A stretch of 64,000 nucleotides of DNA, from positions 234,176,001 to 234,240,000 of the forward strand of contig NC_058368.1 in assembly GCF_018350175.1 (NCBI RefSeq), read 5' to 3'. The position numbers and the translations under genes were made by a program. The DNA comes from Felis catus (lineage: Eukaryota). Below, one piece after another: positions 38,301-51,085 of the stretch. Each line of letters opens with the position of its first letter. Position 1 is the stretch's first letter. The notes under the pieces are model-generated. The model was given only the letters and a program-made list of their open reading frames with translations. It ran no database searches and had not been told where the DNA came from.

Positions 38301-39489
38301 GATAACACGATTATTGTGGGATCTCTCTCCAGGTAGGCAGCTCCGGGCAGGCTCTGAGGACCTACTGTGTGCTCCCTCCCGAGACCTGACGCCCGAGGCT
38401 CTTTGTGATCCTGCCCCCCGCTCACTGCGCATCACCCCCCACATGCTGGTGCACTCTGTGGGGTCTGATAGCCACGACTCACCCCAGTTCTGTCTTCCAG
38501 AACTTCTGTCATGATGGCCCACGTGGGTTCGAGGACAGGCAGGGGACAAAGTCCAAACAGAGGAGGGTGCTTGTCAGATCCGCCCCCTACCACCTCTGTG
38601 CCCGGGACGCCCGCTGGCCCCTGTTGCTCTCTCGCACCCCAGCGCGGGGAACGTGACCTGCCCGTCTCTCCTCGGTGTCTCTGTCTCCACAGATGACTAC
38701 GCCTCCTGAGCCCTGCTGAGCCTTGATCGGGTGGGGGTCCTCTCAGTTTCGTGATGCAAACAAAACACAAGCCCAAAGGCACAGAATGCGGGAGCCAGGC
38801 CTCGCCAGGCACGTCCACCAACGGCTGCTGGCCTGCCTGAGGACGCCCGCCGCCCTCGTCAGCGGCCACTCCTACCAGACGGCATGGCCAATAAAACAGG
38901 TCTCATCGGTGGAAAGGGCTGGCATGGCCCCCAGTGATTTGCGCTGACGGAGTATGATCAGGCTCAACACAGAAAAGAGAGGAACCTCACAAGATTAAGT
39001 ATCTGTTAACGATGGAATTCTCCAGGAAAAGTTGAAGGGCTTGGTGGCCCCCACGGATCTAAGCAAAACATCACACGTTTGAAGACACGTGAGGATCTTC
39101 TGGAAGTTTCTCTTTTTCAAACATTATCAAACCCGGGGCACTCGTCTGCTTGCTGTGTCAAAGGACTTCAGGCAAAAGGCTTGGGTGGGAAGACAAGGAA
39201 TCGGGGGAAGGAGCCGGGGAGGGTCCGCCTGGCTAGAGCAAGGGGTGGGGGTGGGAGGGGCACCCGGGCGAGGGTGGGGCTGGGGGCGCAGGAAGCAGGG
39301 CCAGTATCCCCTGGAGTCTTGTCCCTGTGAAACCTCGGAGAACAAGGATGCACCTGAGGTGGGAAAGTACTATTTTTTTAAAGTTGCCTGAATATTGCCT
39401 ATGGCTTTAAGGAAGCAATGGACCTCATCTTCGGGGCAGACGCTGGGCCAGTGGTTTGGGTGGGACAGGGGTCTTTTTGCTTCCGTGAT

Positions 39490-39790
39490 TGCTACCGGCT
39501 GCATGTCTGAGTCCCTCCCCACATTCATCCCCAAATCCACGTGTTGACGTCTAATATCCAGGGGGGTGGGCCTTGAGGGTGGCTCGTCACTAGGAGGGGG
39601 AGTGTTTATGAAGGCATTGGTGTCCCTACAAGAAGAGGCTGGGAGACATGAGGACACTCCCCCACACCCGGGCACGGGGAGGACAGGAGGGGGCCCTCGC
39701 CAGCCCCTGGGTCTGCCGACGCTTCCGGCCTCTGGGACCTGGTCTGTGGGGCTCTGTGGGAGCAGTCGAGCTCAGACAGTGACGGCCAGT
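39490..39790 (+). mobile_element. MaLR LTR (MLT1A/MST-like)
   Basis: 'ccccaaatccacgtgttgacgtctaat...ggcctt.gagg...ggcatt.gtgtccctacaagaagag'. Confidence 0.6.
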
Positions 39791-40207
39791 CCCAGGTCCA
39801 ACTCTGGAAGGCAGTGAGTCAGTATGCACGGACAGGGGCGCAGAACGTTTCTGAGGACGTTGTTTGATGGAGAGATTTTAGTTCTCTCCGCCTCCTTGGG
39901 CTGTGCAAGGCAGAGGGGACAACGTTTGGGGAGACACCTTGTCACGGCCGCCCCGTCTGCAGTGTGCTGGTTGCTGCAACGCTCCAGCAGCTGATGTGGC
40001 ACCCACACAGGTCATTCGTGGTGAGTCAGAGGTGGGCTTTGACCCATGGCCCCCAGGAGCAGCGGCACTGGAAAGCCAGGACCGAATCCCGTGATGCTGC
40101 TCTCTCCTCGGGCCGTTGGCTGAGGCCCTTGTTGCTACGGCCTGGGTTGGCTGCCTCTGTGAGACCCGGGAGGCGGTCTGTGTGGGGCAGGTCTCCACGG
40201 CAGAGAC

Positions 40208-40594
40208 CTTGCGTTAGCTTCCTGAAACTGCCCCACGAACCACCACAGTTCCAGAGGCACAAGTCCGAGATCAAGCGTTCAGCAGGGCCACGCTCCCTCC
40301 AAAGTCTCCACGGTGTCCTTCCTCGCCCCTTCCTGCTTGCAGGGCCCCCTGGAGTTCCTTGACTCGTGGCCACAGGGCTGCCGTCTCTGCCTTGGCCCTC
40401 ACGTGCCTCATCCTCTGTGTCTGTGTCCTCTTATAAGGACGCTCCATGAGTGTAGGGCCCACCCGATAATTCAGGATGACCCCCCCCCCCATCTCAAAAT
40501 CCTTTCTCACATCTGCAAAGACCTCTTACCAAGTAGTCACATCCACAGGTGAGGGTGGGGGACTTTCGGGGAGAGGGACATTCAACCCACTACA
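40208..40594 (-). mobile_element. MaLR LTR (MLT1B/C-like)
   Basis: 'ctcttataaggac...agggcccaccc.ataattcaggatga...catctcaaaatcct...acatctgcaaagac'. Confidence 0.85.
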
Positions 40595-41573
40595 CTTGTT
40601 AAGCAAAAAGGGAATTTTTATAAATTATTAAATGCTCACGGAATCACCGGGAAGAGTGAAGAATCAGACATCTGGATGCAAATTGCAGGAAAAACTCCCA
40701 GAGCCACAGGGACCCAGGTCACCAGGGGAGCCCCACCCTGTGATGACAAGGAAGCTGCACGGTCAGGGAGTCACCTGCTGACTCCGGAAGTTTCCACGGG
40801 AGCTGCCTGGAGCCACGCCAGCAAAGTAGAGGCCCTTCCCGCCTCTCTCTAGCATGACCAAGCCCAAGCTCAAAGGATGAGGAGGCAGAACCCAGGTTAC
40901 AGGCAGGTTCTAGATGCGAGAGGGTGAGGGGGACCTGACTGCCTTCCCAGCCTCAGCACCCCGGAAGGCGCTGGAGCGCAGGGGAGGCACGTGCCCCAGG
41001 ACCCTCCCGTGGCTGTGTCAGCCCCCGGCTTAAAGTGGCCGGCGGGAGCAAGGCGGAGCCAGGGTGACAGCAAGATCGTGACAAACAGCAACCAGGGAGG
41101 GTTTCTGAAACTCGTAAGCCGGCCATTCACAAACCGTGGGATACGGAAGAATCACCCAGGGAGCTGGCTGAAGATCTCAGGGCACCTGCTTCCTGGAAAT
41201 AATGACCTGCTGAAGGAATGAACGAGTCCATGGGAACCCGCTGTCGGGGAGCAAGGTTGGCCAAGGAACAAAGCCCCCGGGGCTTCCCCCTCTAACCTCC
41301 ACTTCACCCTCCGTGCCTCTGTGCCTACAACACACACCCTGAGCAAGGGTTCGCTTGTGCGGGGGATGGGACGCTGGGGACTCTGCCCGAGAGGACACGG
41401 GGACCTCAGCGGCTCTACAGAAGGAAATCGCCTGCTTGTCTGGGGCCGGCTTTTTACGCAAGGTGACCCGGCAGCGGGCAAGCGCATCGCCACCCCTACC
41501 GCGCGAGTCTAGTGTGTGTGTTTGGATGGACACAAAGGAGAAGTAGTCCTGTCACTACCGCGACTTTTAAATA

Positions 41574-41811
41574 CAGAAACCTTGGATGGCGAGTAACCTG
41601 TTTTGCAAGTGTTCCGCAAGATGAGCAAACATTTCTAATGAATTTCTACTTGATAAACGAGCGATGTCTTGCAATACGAGTGGTACATTGTGCCAAACGT
41701 CACATGGTCACAACTGAGCCAACGAGTCTTGAATTTCACTTTGATACACGAGCGCTTTGGATTACAAGCCTGTTTCCAGAAGAATTATGCTTGCAAACCA
41801 AGGGTTTACTG
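41574..41811. mobile_element. Tigger-like (Tc1/mariner superfamily) non-autonomous MITE
   Basis: Imperfect terminal inverted repeats cag-aaaccttggatggcgag and cttgcaaaccaagggtttactg; TA on the left (41572-41573), CA (mutated TA) on the right. Confidence 0.8.
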
Positions 41812-42410
41812 CATATTATATTTCCAAACTAATCCCCGACTGCTAGGAAAGAGGGTGCTGGAATTCTAAACGCCCCATGGCAGTTCCTTTGGGTAAAACA
41901 CACCATCCCTTCTGGACGTGAGGCCTGAGACCACAGACCCCAGCACAGAGAACCTGTTTCCACATCATCGTCACCAGAGGCAAGGACAAGGAGAGAAGGA
42001 AAGGGTCGGGGTCCAGGAGCTCCCAGGTGAAACTTCGCAGGGTGACACCAAAAAAATTCACAGAAGATCAGCACGGCCTACAGAAAAGAACTAGTTTTAG
42101 ACCCAAAATGGACATTGTGACACTGGATGGAAAGGAAGCATAGTATCTTTCTTAAGCGAACTAATTTATTCCGAGATGTGTGAATATAGGTTTCATGGCC
42201 TATTTTAAACAAGCTGTGAAATGTTTTAACAAATATTCGGAGATCTGTTTCATAACTTTTGGAATTTAATTTCTAAAATGTGTGCAATTGTAAAAACTAA
42301 AACTTCCTTGTATTTGTGTTCTTTGCCAGGAAATCCCAAATTCGTGGGGTGATGACTGAAAGATAATCTCGCCTCACTCGGTCATCATCAGTAAACATTC
42401 AAATCTTCTT

Positions 42411-42572
42411 GGGGCACCTGGGTGGCTCAGTCAGTTAAGCAGTGACTTCAGCTCAGGTCACGATCTCGCGGTTCGCGGGTTGGAGCCCCGCATCAGGCTC
42501 TGTGCTGATGGCTCAGAGCCTGGAGCCTGCTTCGGATTCTGTGTCTCCCTCTCTCTCTCTCTGCCCCTTCCC

Positions 42573-42621
<49 letters not shown>

Positions 42622-42650
42622 AAAAATAAATAAATAAACATTTCTTTAAA
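42411..42650 (+). mobile_element. Can-SINE
   Basis: Full length; TSD aaacattcaaatc. Confidence 0.95.
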
Positions 42651-42959
42651 AAAACATTCAAATCATCCTTATTTATCATGTTAGTTTCCAAAACTGGCAT
42701 TTTCGGTAAGTTCAAAGGAAAAACACGATGAGCCTTCAGTGTGTTAGTCCCGAAATGGCATTTTCCCACCTCGAAAGAGTCTCGTTTCCTGGATTTACTG
42801 TGTGTGCGCTCACTGGGGCTGCTGCCACCAAAAGCCACACATGGGATGTCACAGCAGAACTTGACTCCATGGACCTGGAGGCTGGAGTCCCAGATGGGTG
42901 TGGGCGGGGCGGGCTCTGTCTGCTCCAGCCGCTCCACCCGACTTTCTAGTAGTTTGTGG

Positions 42960-43575
42960 GTGACTTAGCCTGCCTGCTGCCGCCACAAAATACCACAGGC
43001 TGGTGTTTCTCACAGACACAATTTCTCAGAGCTCTGGAGGCTGAAGTTCATGACTAGGTGCCTGCAAATGTGCTTTCTGGCAAGAGCCCCCTTCCCAGAT
43101 CGCGGAGCGTGGCCTCCTCACTGCACACTCACGTGGCAGAGAGAGAACTCTGGTGTCTCTTCCTCTTCCTGTGAGGACACCAATGCTAACCTTTTAAAGT
43201 CATTGAATCTGTATTACCTCCCTCTAGGCCCCGTCTCCAACAGTCACGTTAGCGGTTATGGCTTCAATACGTGAATTTGGGGGAGACACAGCTTAGCCCC
43301 TATCAGTGGGTGGTCTTGGGCCTTCCTGCCTTCCGTGAACACACTGTGATCTCTCTCTTCATGTTCACAAGTCATGCTCCCTCTGTATCTGTGTCCATGT
43401 CCAAATTTTTTCTTCCTATACAGGTGCCAGCCACATTGGATTAGGGCCCATCCTAATGACCTTGTAACGCCATCATCTGTCAAGGCCCTATTTCCATATA
43501 AGATCACATCTTGAGGTCATGGGGGCTAGGACTTCAACATATGAATATAAGGGGACACAACTGAACCCATCCCAC
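42960..43575 (-). mobile_element. Two adjacent MaLR LTR pieces (MLT1A-like 42960-43283; MLT1B/C-like 43320-43575)
   Basis: 'aaaataccacaggctgg...tctggaggctgaagttca' and 'cattggattagggccca.cctaatgacct...aggacttcaacatatgaat'. Confidence 0.8.
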
Positions 43576-43949
43576 CATGACTTTGAGTGGCCCACTCTGT
43601 GTGATCGCCTCCTGTCCTCACACCGCAACCCTGCTCCTGCGTGACTCCAATGTGTACATGTGGTCTCCCATCGGAAACTTTGGTGGTTCTTAAGATGTTA
43701 AGAGTAAGTCAACGCCCTTAGCCCTGGCACCTAAGGTTCCATCTGGTGACCTTGGCAGCTGCTCCAGGAAGACTGCATACTGTAGAGAGAACAGGCTTTG
43801 TTCCCGTGACACCCTGGCTCCCGTTCTTGGCCCTTCTCTTTATTATCTGTGCTTGGGGCTCAGCTGGGCCACAGAGCTCACTTTCTCAGTCCCAGCTGGC
43901 TCATGAATGAGGCTGTCTGGAGAATCATGATGACAAAGCAGACAGCAGA

Positions 43950-44130
43950 TCAGCCCTGGAGACAGGGGACGGACGTTCAGGCTCCAGCCCCACTAACTTC
44001 CGGCTGTGATCTGGGAGTGGTGGTCGTACCTCTCTGAGCCTCAGTTTCCTGATCTGTAATACACCCCTGCTCCCTCTCAGAGGGGTTATCAATGCACGTG
44101 AAACTCTTAGAGGGCACTAGTTCCCACCGC
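43950..44130 (+). mobile_element. MIR
   Basis: 'acctctctgagcctcagtttcctgatctgtaa'. Confidence 0.8.
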
Positions 44131-44159
44131 AAACGGCTCTGGTCTCCCCAACACGCCCT

Positions 44160-44505
44160 ATGCATTCCTACTCGTGCACCCGTCACCTCTGGAGAAATCT
44201 TGTGGCAGCCCCACCCTTTCTTACCATGCAGGTCTCCTCTCAAAACCTATGCCCCTGACAGAGCTTCTTGGACAACCCGGTCTGGCTCTCCCCGCCTCTC
44301 ACTACCCTTCATTCCACTACATGGGGCTATTTTCTTCATTAGCATCTGAAAACCGCAGTAATTCTTTACATGTTTGTGGTCTACCTCCCCAGTAACACTT
44401 AGGTCTCCTGGAATTGGCTTCTTACCAGAATCCCTCACTGCCATTCACCCAGCACCCAGCAGAGCCCACGGTTGCCTCATTCTTTGCTGAATAAATGAAT
44501 GAACA
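44160..44505 (+). mobile_element. L2 3' end fragment
   Basis: 'cccagcacccagcagagccca...ttgctgaataaatgaatgaa'. Confidence 0.7.
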
Positions 44506-46192
44506 GAGCCAGGTGCACACGTGCTCTGAGAGCCTGGTGGCCTTGACTGTTCCATTAGCCCCCACCAGTGACTCCATGTCCTTCCCTTCCTTCCTCTGAG
44601 GCTCTTTGAGCCTGAACCGTCCCATGTGGTTCTCTTTCCAACTAAACCCAAGTGCATGAGTCTAAGTGGGTTTCATGCCTCTGAATCTTGATTGCTCGGT
44701 TCAACGGACCCAGAAAAGCCAAGGTAAGAGCTGTTAATAACAACGTTGCCGTGTTGCCTCTGTGTTCCTGGGGGCTCCGTGCTGTGCCCACCATGACTCC
44801 AGCAGGGGAGGGTGTGACATCGGTGCATGCCGGTCTCGGGACCCCGGCCCTGGCAGGAGCGGTGCCAGCCAGAAGGCAGAGCGCAGAACTGTGTGTGGAT
44901 CCAAGCGAGGTCACTCTGGGGCAGTGCAGGGACGGAGAGACCCTGAGCCCACCCAAGTTTATTCCCGCCGCTGCCCTGGTGCCCACCGCCTCCCTGTGGA
45001 GCTCACTCTACCCCAAAGACTATTGGTGCCATCAGCCTCCCTTTGTTCCTGATGTTCCTTCCCCCCAATCACCCCCATCCTGCCAAACACCTGTACCAAC
45101 TTCCCTCCCCTGGGTCTGGCTTGAGACCCATGTTCTAGAACATTCTCACACCCAGTGTCTCCCTCGGGCAGGCTGTCCGTCGTGGATTGACCGCCCCCTG
45201 ACTGATGTCTGAGCCTCCTCTCCCAGCAGGAATGCAGACCCTGGAGACCCACACACCCTTCGTAGCACAGAACGCACCAAGGCGCGCCAGGCCGCTAACA
45301 CTTCGCGGCCATGCACAGGCATCCTTCATAGTCGCATCATTTCCTCCGACTCCTGTCTGATGCGTAATTCTCACCAGGGGTGAGTTACCCCTCCCCGAGG
45401 CTCCGCGTCCTGTCCCGCAGTGGATTTGCTGCTGCAGCCCGGCGATGAATACGGAAAAGCCTCGCCCCGGGGCCTAATGACTTCAAGCTGCACATTGGAG
45501 AAATGAATTAGCACTTAAAGGCATATTAATCTATTCTGCGCGTTCCTCCTCTGGCCCCACGATGACGTCAGGGGCTCTGATCTGCAGCGGCTTGCAACCC
45601 TTCTCTCGACCTTCGCATAAATCAAAGCGCTGTAAGCCTCCCTCTGGAGAATACAAGGAAATGCAATCCAAAATCTTTTGCAGGAAGGCCTGAAAACTGG
45701 GAGGCTGCTGAATTACACGTAATGAAGGAGACATTTGGCCCTCTCTCCTCCCTCTCATGCTTGTTCTTTCAGGAGCCAGATCTTTCCAAAGGGAGAACCA
45801 CGATGCTGGCATTGTTTGCAGAAAACCATTTCCTAATCAGCTTTTACTGAAAATAAAGAGCGACAGCCATGCAAACACACGATTTATTTTACGCCAAGAC
45901 CACGCTCCCAGGGAAGCCCCCCAGGGAGCACACAAGCCCGTCTGGCGACCGGGGGACCCATCGGTTGTGTCCTGTTCCGCCTGATTCTGACCCTTCGCTC
46001 ACGCTCCTGCCGCTGAGTCAGTCTTGGTGAGACAGGAAACAGGCACGACTCCCTTCTGTACCCTTCCTTCCAGCCAGGTACCCCCCGGCCCAGGATCAGC
46101 ATACCCACTCCTCAGAGAACACAGTTTCCCCATGACACGTTCTCAGGGATGACAAAAGTGTTCGCAGTGTTGTGTCTATGGCTCATCATGCT

Positions 46193-46449
46193 TTTTTGTT
46201 TGGTTGTGTTTTTTTGTTTGTTTTTGTTTGTTTTGTTTTAGGGAAGGGTTGTTTGTTTTTGTTTTTGTTTTTGAGAGAGAGAGAGAGAGAGAGCAGGAGG
46301 GGGAAGAAGGAGAGGGAGAGACAGAATCTTAAGCAGACTCTGTGCTCAACACGGAACCAGATGCAGGGCTCGATCTCATAACCCTGAGATCATGACCGGG
46401 GCGGAAATGAAGAATCGGATGGTCAACGACTGAACCAACCAGGCGCCCC
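46193..46449 (-). mobile_element. Can-SINE (older subtype) with a GT/T-rich decayed tail
   Basis: Reverse head 'accaggcgcccc'; TSD catcatgctttt at 46184-46195 and 46451-46462. Confidence 0.9.
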
Positions 46450-49059
46450 GCATCATGCTTTTGAACATACGTTAGCTTTCCAATACCCACCTGTCGTATT
46501 TCAAAAAAGCAAAACCATTTGCTTAACAGGAACTGACAAGTAGGCCCACAGTGAATTGTCAATGATTCGAGGCGTTTTGCCCAAATCTTCACACGGAGCT
46601 GTGGCCGTTTGTCGCTGTTTTTCATGCCCAGTTTTAGGACAGGTGGAATCTTGGTCCCTGGCTGGCTCCCTTCCCAGCCCACCCCGAGATCCAAAAGCCA
46701 TATTTTAGAGGCTTTTCTCTGCATGGAGCCTTTTAAAGTTCAGGGTTAACACTGCCTTGAAGATAAATGTCTTCAGACTCTCCGTTCCTGGCAAAGTGAA
46801 CTTTAAAATTCCTGAGACTAGTATTCCCCTAAAAGAATTTCACGGGGGCTATTGCCGGAGATAGAAAGAACCCAAACCCCCAGGTCAGGTCCCTCCCACA
46901 GGTCCCCAGCAGCCCCGCCCCTGGCCATGGTGGCTGCTGGCCTCTCCAGGTGTCACTCAGGCTTGTGGGCACAGGAGGAGAGCAGGGAGAGAACAGCACA
47001 AGAGAAGGGATGGGACAGGAGCCATCAAAGAGAGGGAGTGGTTTCCAGCGGCTTCTTGCTGGAAAATGCAGGCGGTGCTGACTCAGAACCTGAAGGGAGG
47101 GGAGCTCCGAGACCTCTGCCTCATCCCCTTCATCAGAGGCAGGAGACAGGGACTCAGGCGGGGACTGCAAAGCTTCCACCATCGAAATGAAAGTTGGGGT
47201 CGCTTCCCGGGCATCAGAACCACCGCAGTAGCTCAAACCACCTCCCGGTAGTGCCCAGTGTGATCGCCTCTTTTGTAGAATCACGTTAAATGTGTGGGGG
47301 CTCCCCCTCGCTCCTCCCCTGCCATCCTCCTATAACACAACCCCCTCCCCCCAACCAAGCCGAAGAAAATGCAAGTGAATTGGTGGGAGCAGCCTGGGTT
47401 GTCTATTTGCACATGAGCTTCAAATAAAGGCTATTCTCCTTGAATAAGCAGTGAATTAGCAAATGTCTTTCTCTCTCATAAACATTTGCTGAAAACAGCC
47501 GCTGGGTGATTGCATGAAGGATGCAGAACAGCTATTTTTAACTAACAAATGAGAACAGCAGCATCTAATTTTGGAGTCCTGCTCCGTGGTGCTGGGAGCT
47601 GGCTCTCTGGATGGGAAGGAACACAAAAGGGAAGTTGAGTCCAGCTTGGCCCCCACACGTTCTCCGACAGATGGCCGGTCTTGAGGCACGGGCCGGGGTC
47701 ACTTGTCTCCTTAGTCCACAGGGCAGTGCTATTGAAAGATGCCCCCCACCACCACCACCTCTGTCCCAGATGATCAGGAAAGGGAAGTGTGCACGTTGGA
47801 GGAACACCCACGTGCAGACACTCAGGGCGTCAACACAAGGGACACTGCGGGGGGTGGGGGGGGGGGGAAGGCCAGGAGACCAAACTTCCTGGAAGAAATT
47901 AGCAACAAGCACAACATGGGGAGAAAATCGGCCCTCAAAATGCTTTAAAAGAATGATCTGACATTACTTTAAAAATATAAATAGACCGCATCACTAGTGC
48001 TGAAAATAATGAAAACTCTTATCCCCCAGAGACAAACCCCCACATCAGCGGTTGTCCAAGGAGCGCCATTAATATGCATTTTTCTGCCGCAGAGAGATGC
48101 CTGGCTTCCTCCTTCTGGCTGAGCCAAGGCTTTCTTCTCAGGGGAGGAGGAACCTTCTAGTCAAATTCACTGCAGCAACAGAGACGAGAGCAAGAAACAG
48201 AAGGAACCAAGATCTAGGGGGAACAGGAAAACATTTTCCAGCCTGACCCTCTTACTAGGTCTCTCTCGGAATATTTTAGACCACCTGAATATCGTTAGCT
48301 CCATCTGCTAGCGAATCTGGAAGGAAACAGACAGGGAGATGCTAGGGGAATGGTGTCTGAGCGACATATTCAGGGAATGTGCCAGGACAGCTCTCCGTGC
48401 GGCTCTGGCATCTCTGTACGTGCCTTCCTTCCGGGCTGTCTGCTCCTGGGGGGGGTGAGCAGCCTCCTGCTGATCGAGGCAGGCCTCCTCCCAAGCAAAG
48501 GCCAGGCACACTTATGGCCCGCCTTTTAAAGATGCGGGGCCCCAAGCTCAGCACCGCCCCCTGTAACACAACCTGCTGTGTGGCCCCTGTCGCGGGCCCT
48601 CTGCCTGCCCCGGGGAATTGGGGTGGGGGCGACGCAAAGGCACTGGTGCTCTGACGACTGCTCTCAGCCTGAGAAACAAACTGCTTTTTCACTAATCCAG
48701 GACTTCCACGTGATGCCCCAGCATCCACGACATCGCGGCCAGATGACAGCTGGCGGGCAGGACAAAACCTTGGACCGCCCAAAGTTCTCGCCGCTGAATG
48801 TGGACAACTGTGGCTGGCAGTTTGGGGAAACGTGCTCTCGGGTGTGTAAGTGATGCTGTGAGATCAAAGATGCTCCCGGTGCCCTCCTTAAAATCCGCCT
48901 TCTCTTCTTTCTGTAGAAATGGGACCGGGCACGTGGCTATCCAGTGCAAACACTACGTGTTCCCAGCTCCCCGTGCAGATACGTGGGCTCTCCTGACTGC
49001 GTCCCGGCCAGGGGAGCGTGAGCCAAAGCACTGAGGGGCAGCTGCTAGGAGGGCTGGCA

Positions 49060-49295
49060 TATACGACCTCTTTCTCCACCCTTCTGCCTGGAACACGGAT
49101 GTGATGGCTGGTGCTACATCCCGGCCCGTGAGCCCGAGGGCGTGTCGGCAGCGTGGAGGGGCAGGAGTCCAGGTGTCTGATACCACAAAGAGTCATACCT
49201 GGCCTGCACTTACTTGTGAAATAGAAATAACTCTTGTCCAAGCGCCTGTCATTTGGGGTTTTCTGTTATCAGCAGCAGAATCATCCTACCCGATG
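49060..49295 (+). mobile_element. MaLR LTR (MLT1J-like) fragment
   Basis: 'cttctgcctggaacacggatgtgatggctggtgct...ttggggttttctgttatcagcagc'. Confidence 0.7.
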
Positions 49296-50449
49296 CAGAA
49301 GTCAGGGCCAGAAGTGGGGTGCCGACCAGGAAAGCCCCAAAACGTGGAGCAAATGGCAGGTGCCATTCCGGCTTGCCCCGGCCAGGCTGAGAGGCAGGTG
49401 ATGCCTTCAGAGGCCGCCTGCACCCACACCATCTCCCTGCACACAGGGACAGCCGCGTCCCCCGCCTCCCCCAGATTTCTTTCAGGGTCAATTTTGAGAA
49501 GAGCAACTTTCAGGCTCCTACTGCTGCTTTGAAAGGACTTACAAATGAACTAATCTAGAAACAGCTTTCGTAAGTGTTTGGTACCCAGCCTGAGCCTCGA
49601 TGGGGGGATGTGAAGCATCAGTCCTACTTGCGACTCTCGGAGCGACCCCGCAGGTAACAGAACGGGCGGCCCATGTCTGACACCAGCCGGGCACACAAGG
49701 GCATGACTGGCCAGCTCGGTCCCCACAATCTCCCCCATGGGGAGCGAAATAGTGGATTCGTGACCCAAAGGAAAACCCTGGAATCTGAGAGTGGGTTTAT
49801 TCGGGTGACATGAGTGCGGTGACATCATGCGGTACCCGTTTATCACCCACTGGCTCATCCCGGTTCACCGTTGCCGAACGCAACGCCGTGTGCCGTCTGA
49901 ATCTGGTCATTCGCTCGCTCGCTCGCTCACTCAACACATTCTTACTGAGCACCTACGGGAGGCAGGCCCTGCCACACCCAGGGAGCGGACAGGTGAGTTT
50001 AGCAGGATTCACACCCTGAACCTGGGTACGGAATCTAGTGAGCTCCAGTGTCCCCCAGGGCCGAAGCGCAAACCTGAATATTCGGAGATAATCGCTTCCG
50101 TTGAACAAAAAGGGATGGCGGTGAAGGTGGATCCTGGTGAGTTCGTGGGAGAGATTTCTAGACGTTACGGCTCAGAGTGAGTCCTGTTCCGTGACGACCG
50201 TCACACCACACCGTTTCCCGAAACAAACCCATTTCTGTGCTCTGCTCCTCAGACAGAAAACGCCTATTGCATACCTTAAAACGTAAACATTCCCACACAT
50301 CGACCGGCTGGCAATCCGATCAGAAAATCACAAACGGTGAGTCTGTGTGATTATACATTCGCAGTTTTATGATATTCCAGCTGTGAAAGCTTTAGGCTGC
50401 AAGTAAGAGACAAATGCCACCCACTGTGCTGTTTAAAGACAGAGGTTTC

Positions 50450-50620
50450 GGGGCGCCTGGGGGGCTCAGTCGGTGGAGCGTCCGATTTCCGCTCAGGTCA
50501 TGATCTCGCAGTCTGTGGGTTCGAGCCCCATGTCGGGCTCTGTGCTGACAGCTCAGAGCCTGGAGCCTGCTTCGGATTCTGTGTCTCCCTCTCTCTCAGC
50601 CCCTCCCCTGCTCATGCTCC

Positions 50621-50660
<40 letters not shown>

Positions 50661-50896
50661 AATAAACAAACATTGGGGCACCTGGGTGGCTCAGTCGGTT
50701 AAGCGCCCCACTTCAGCTCAGGTCACGATCTCACGGTCCGTGAGTTCGAGCCCCACGTCGGGCTCTGGGCTGATGGCCCAGAGCCTGGAGCCTGCTTCCG
50801 ATTCTGTGTCTCCCTCTCTCTCAGCCCCTCCCCTGCTCATGCTCCGTCTCTCTCTCTCTCTCTCAAAAATAAACAAACATTAAAAATAATTAAAAA
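50450..50896 (+). mobile_element. Two head-to-tail Can-SINEs (50450-50674; 50675-50896)
   Basis: Perfect 16-bp TSD taaagacagaggtttc at 50434-50449 and 50897-50912. Confidence 0.96.
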
Positions 50897-50984
50897 TAAA
50901 GACAGAGGTTTCTGGTGAGGCTTGATCAGACTGTGGAAGAGCCCGCGCGCCTATGCCAACACCTGGCTTTGACAGGGGACGGTG

Positions 50985-51085
50985 GTTACGTGAAATCGTA
51001 CACAAAATACATGGGAACTTGCTGCCCTATCTTTGCAACTTCTTGAGACTCTTAAACAATTTCAAATGAACAGTATTTTTAAAAA
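50985..51085 (+). mobile_element. L1M 3' terminal fragment
   Basis: 'atacatgggaact...ctatctttgcaacttcttgag..tcttaaacaatttcaaa'. Confidence 0.65.
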
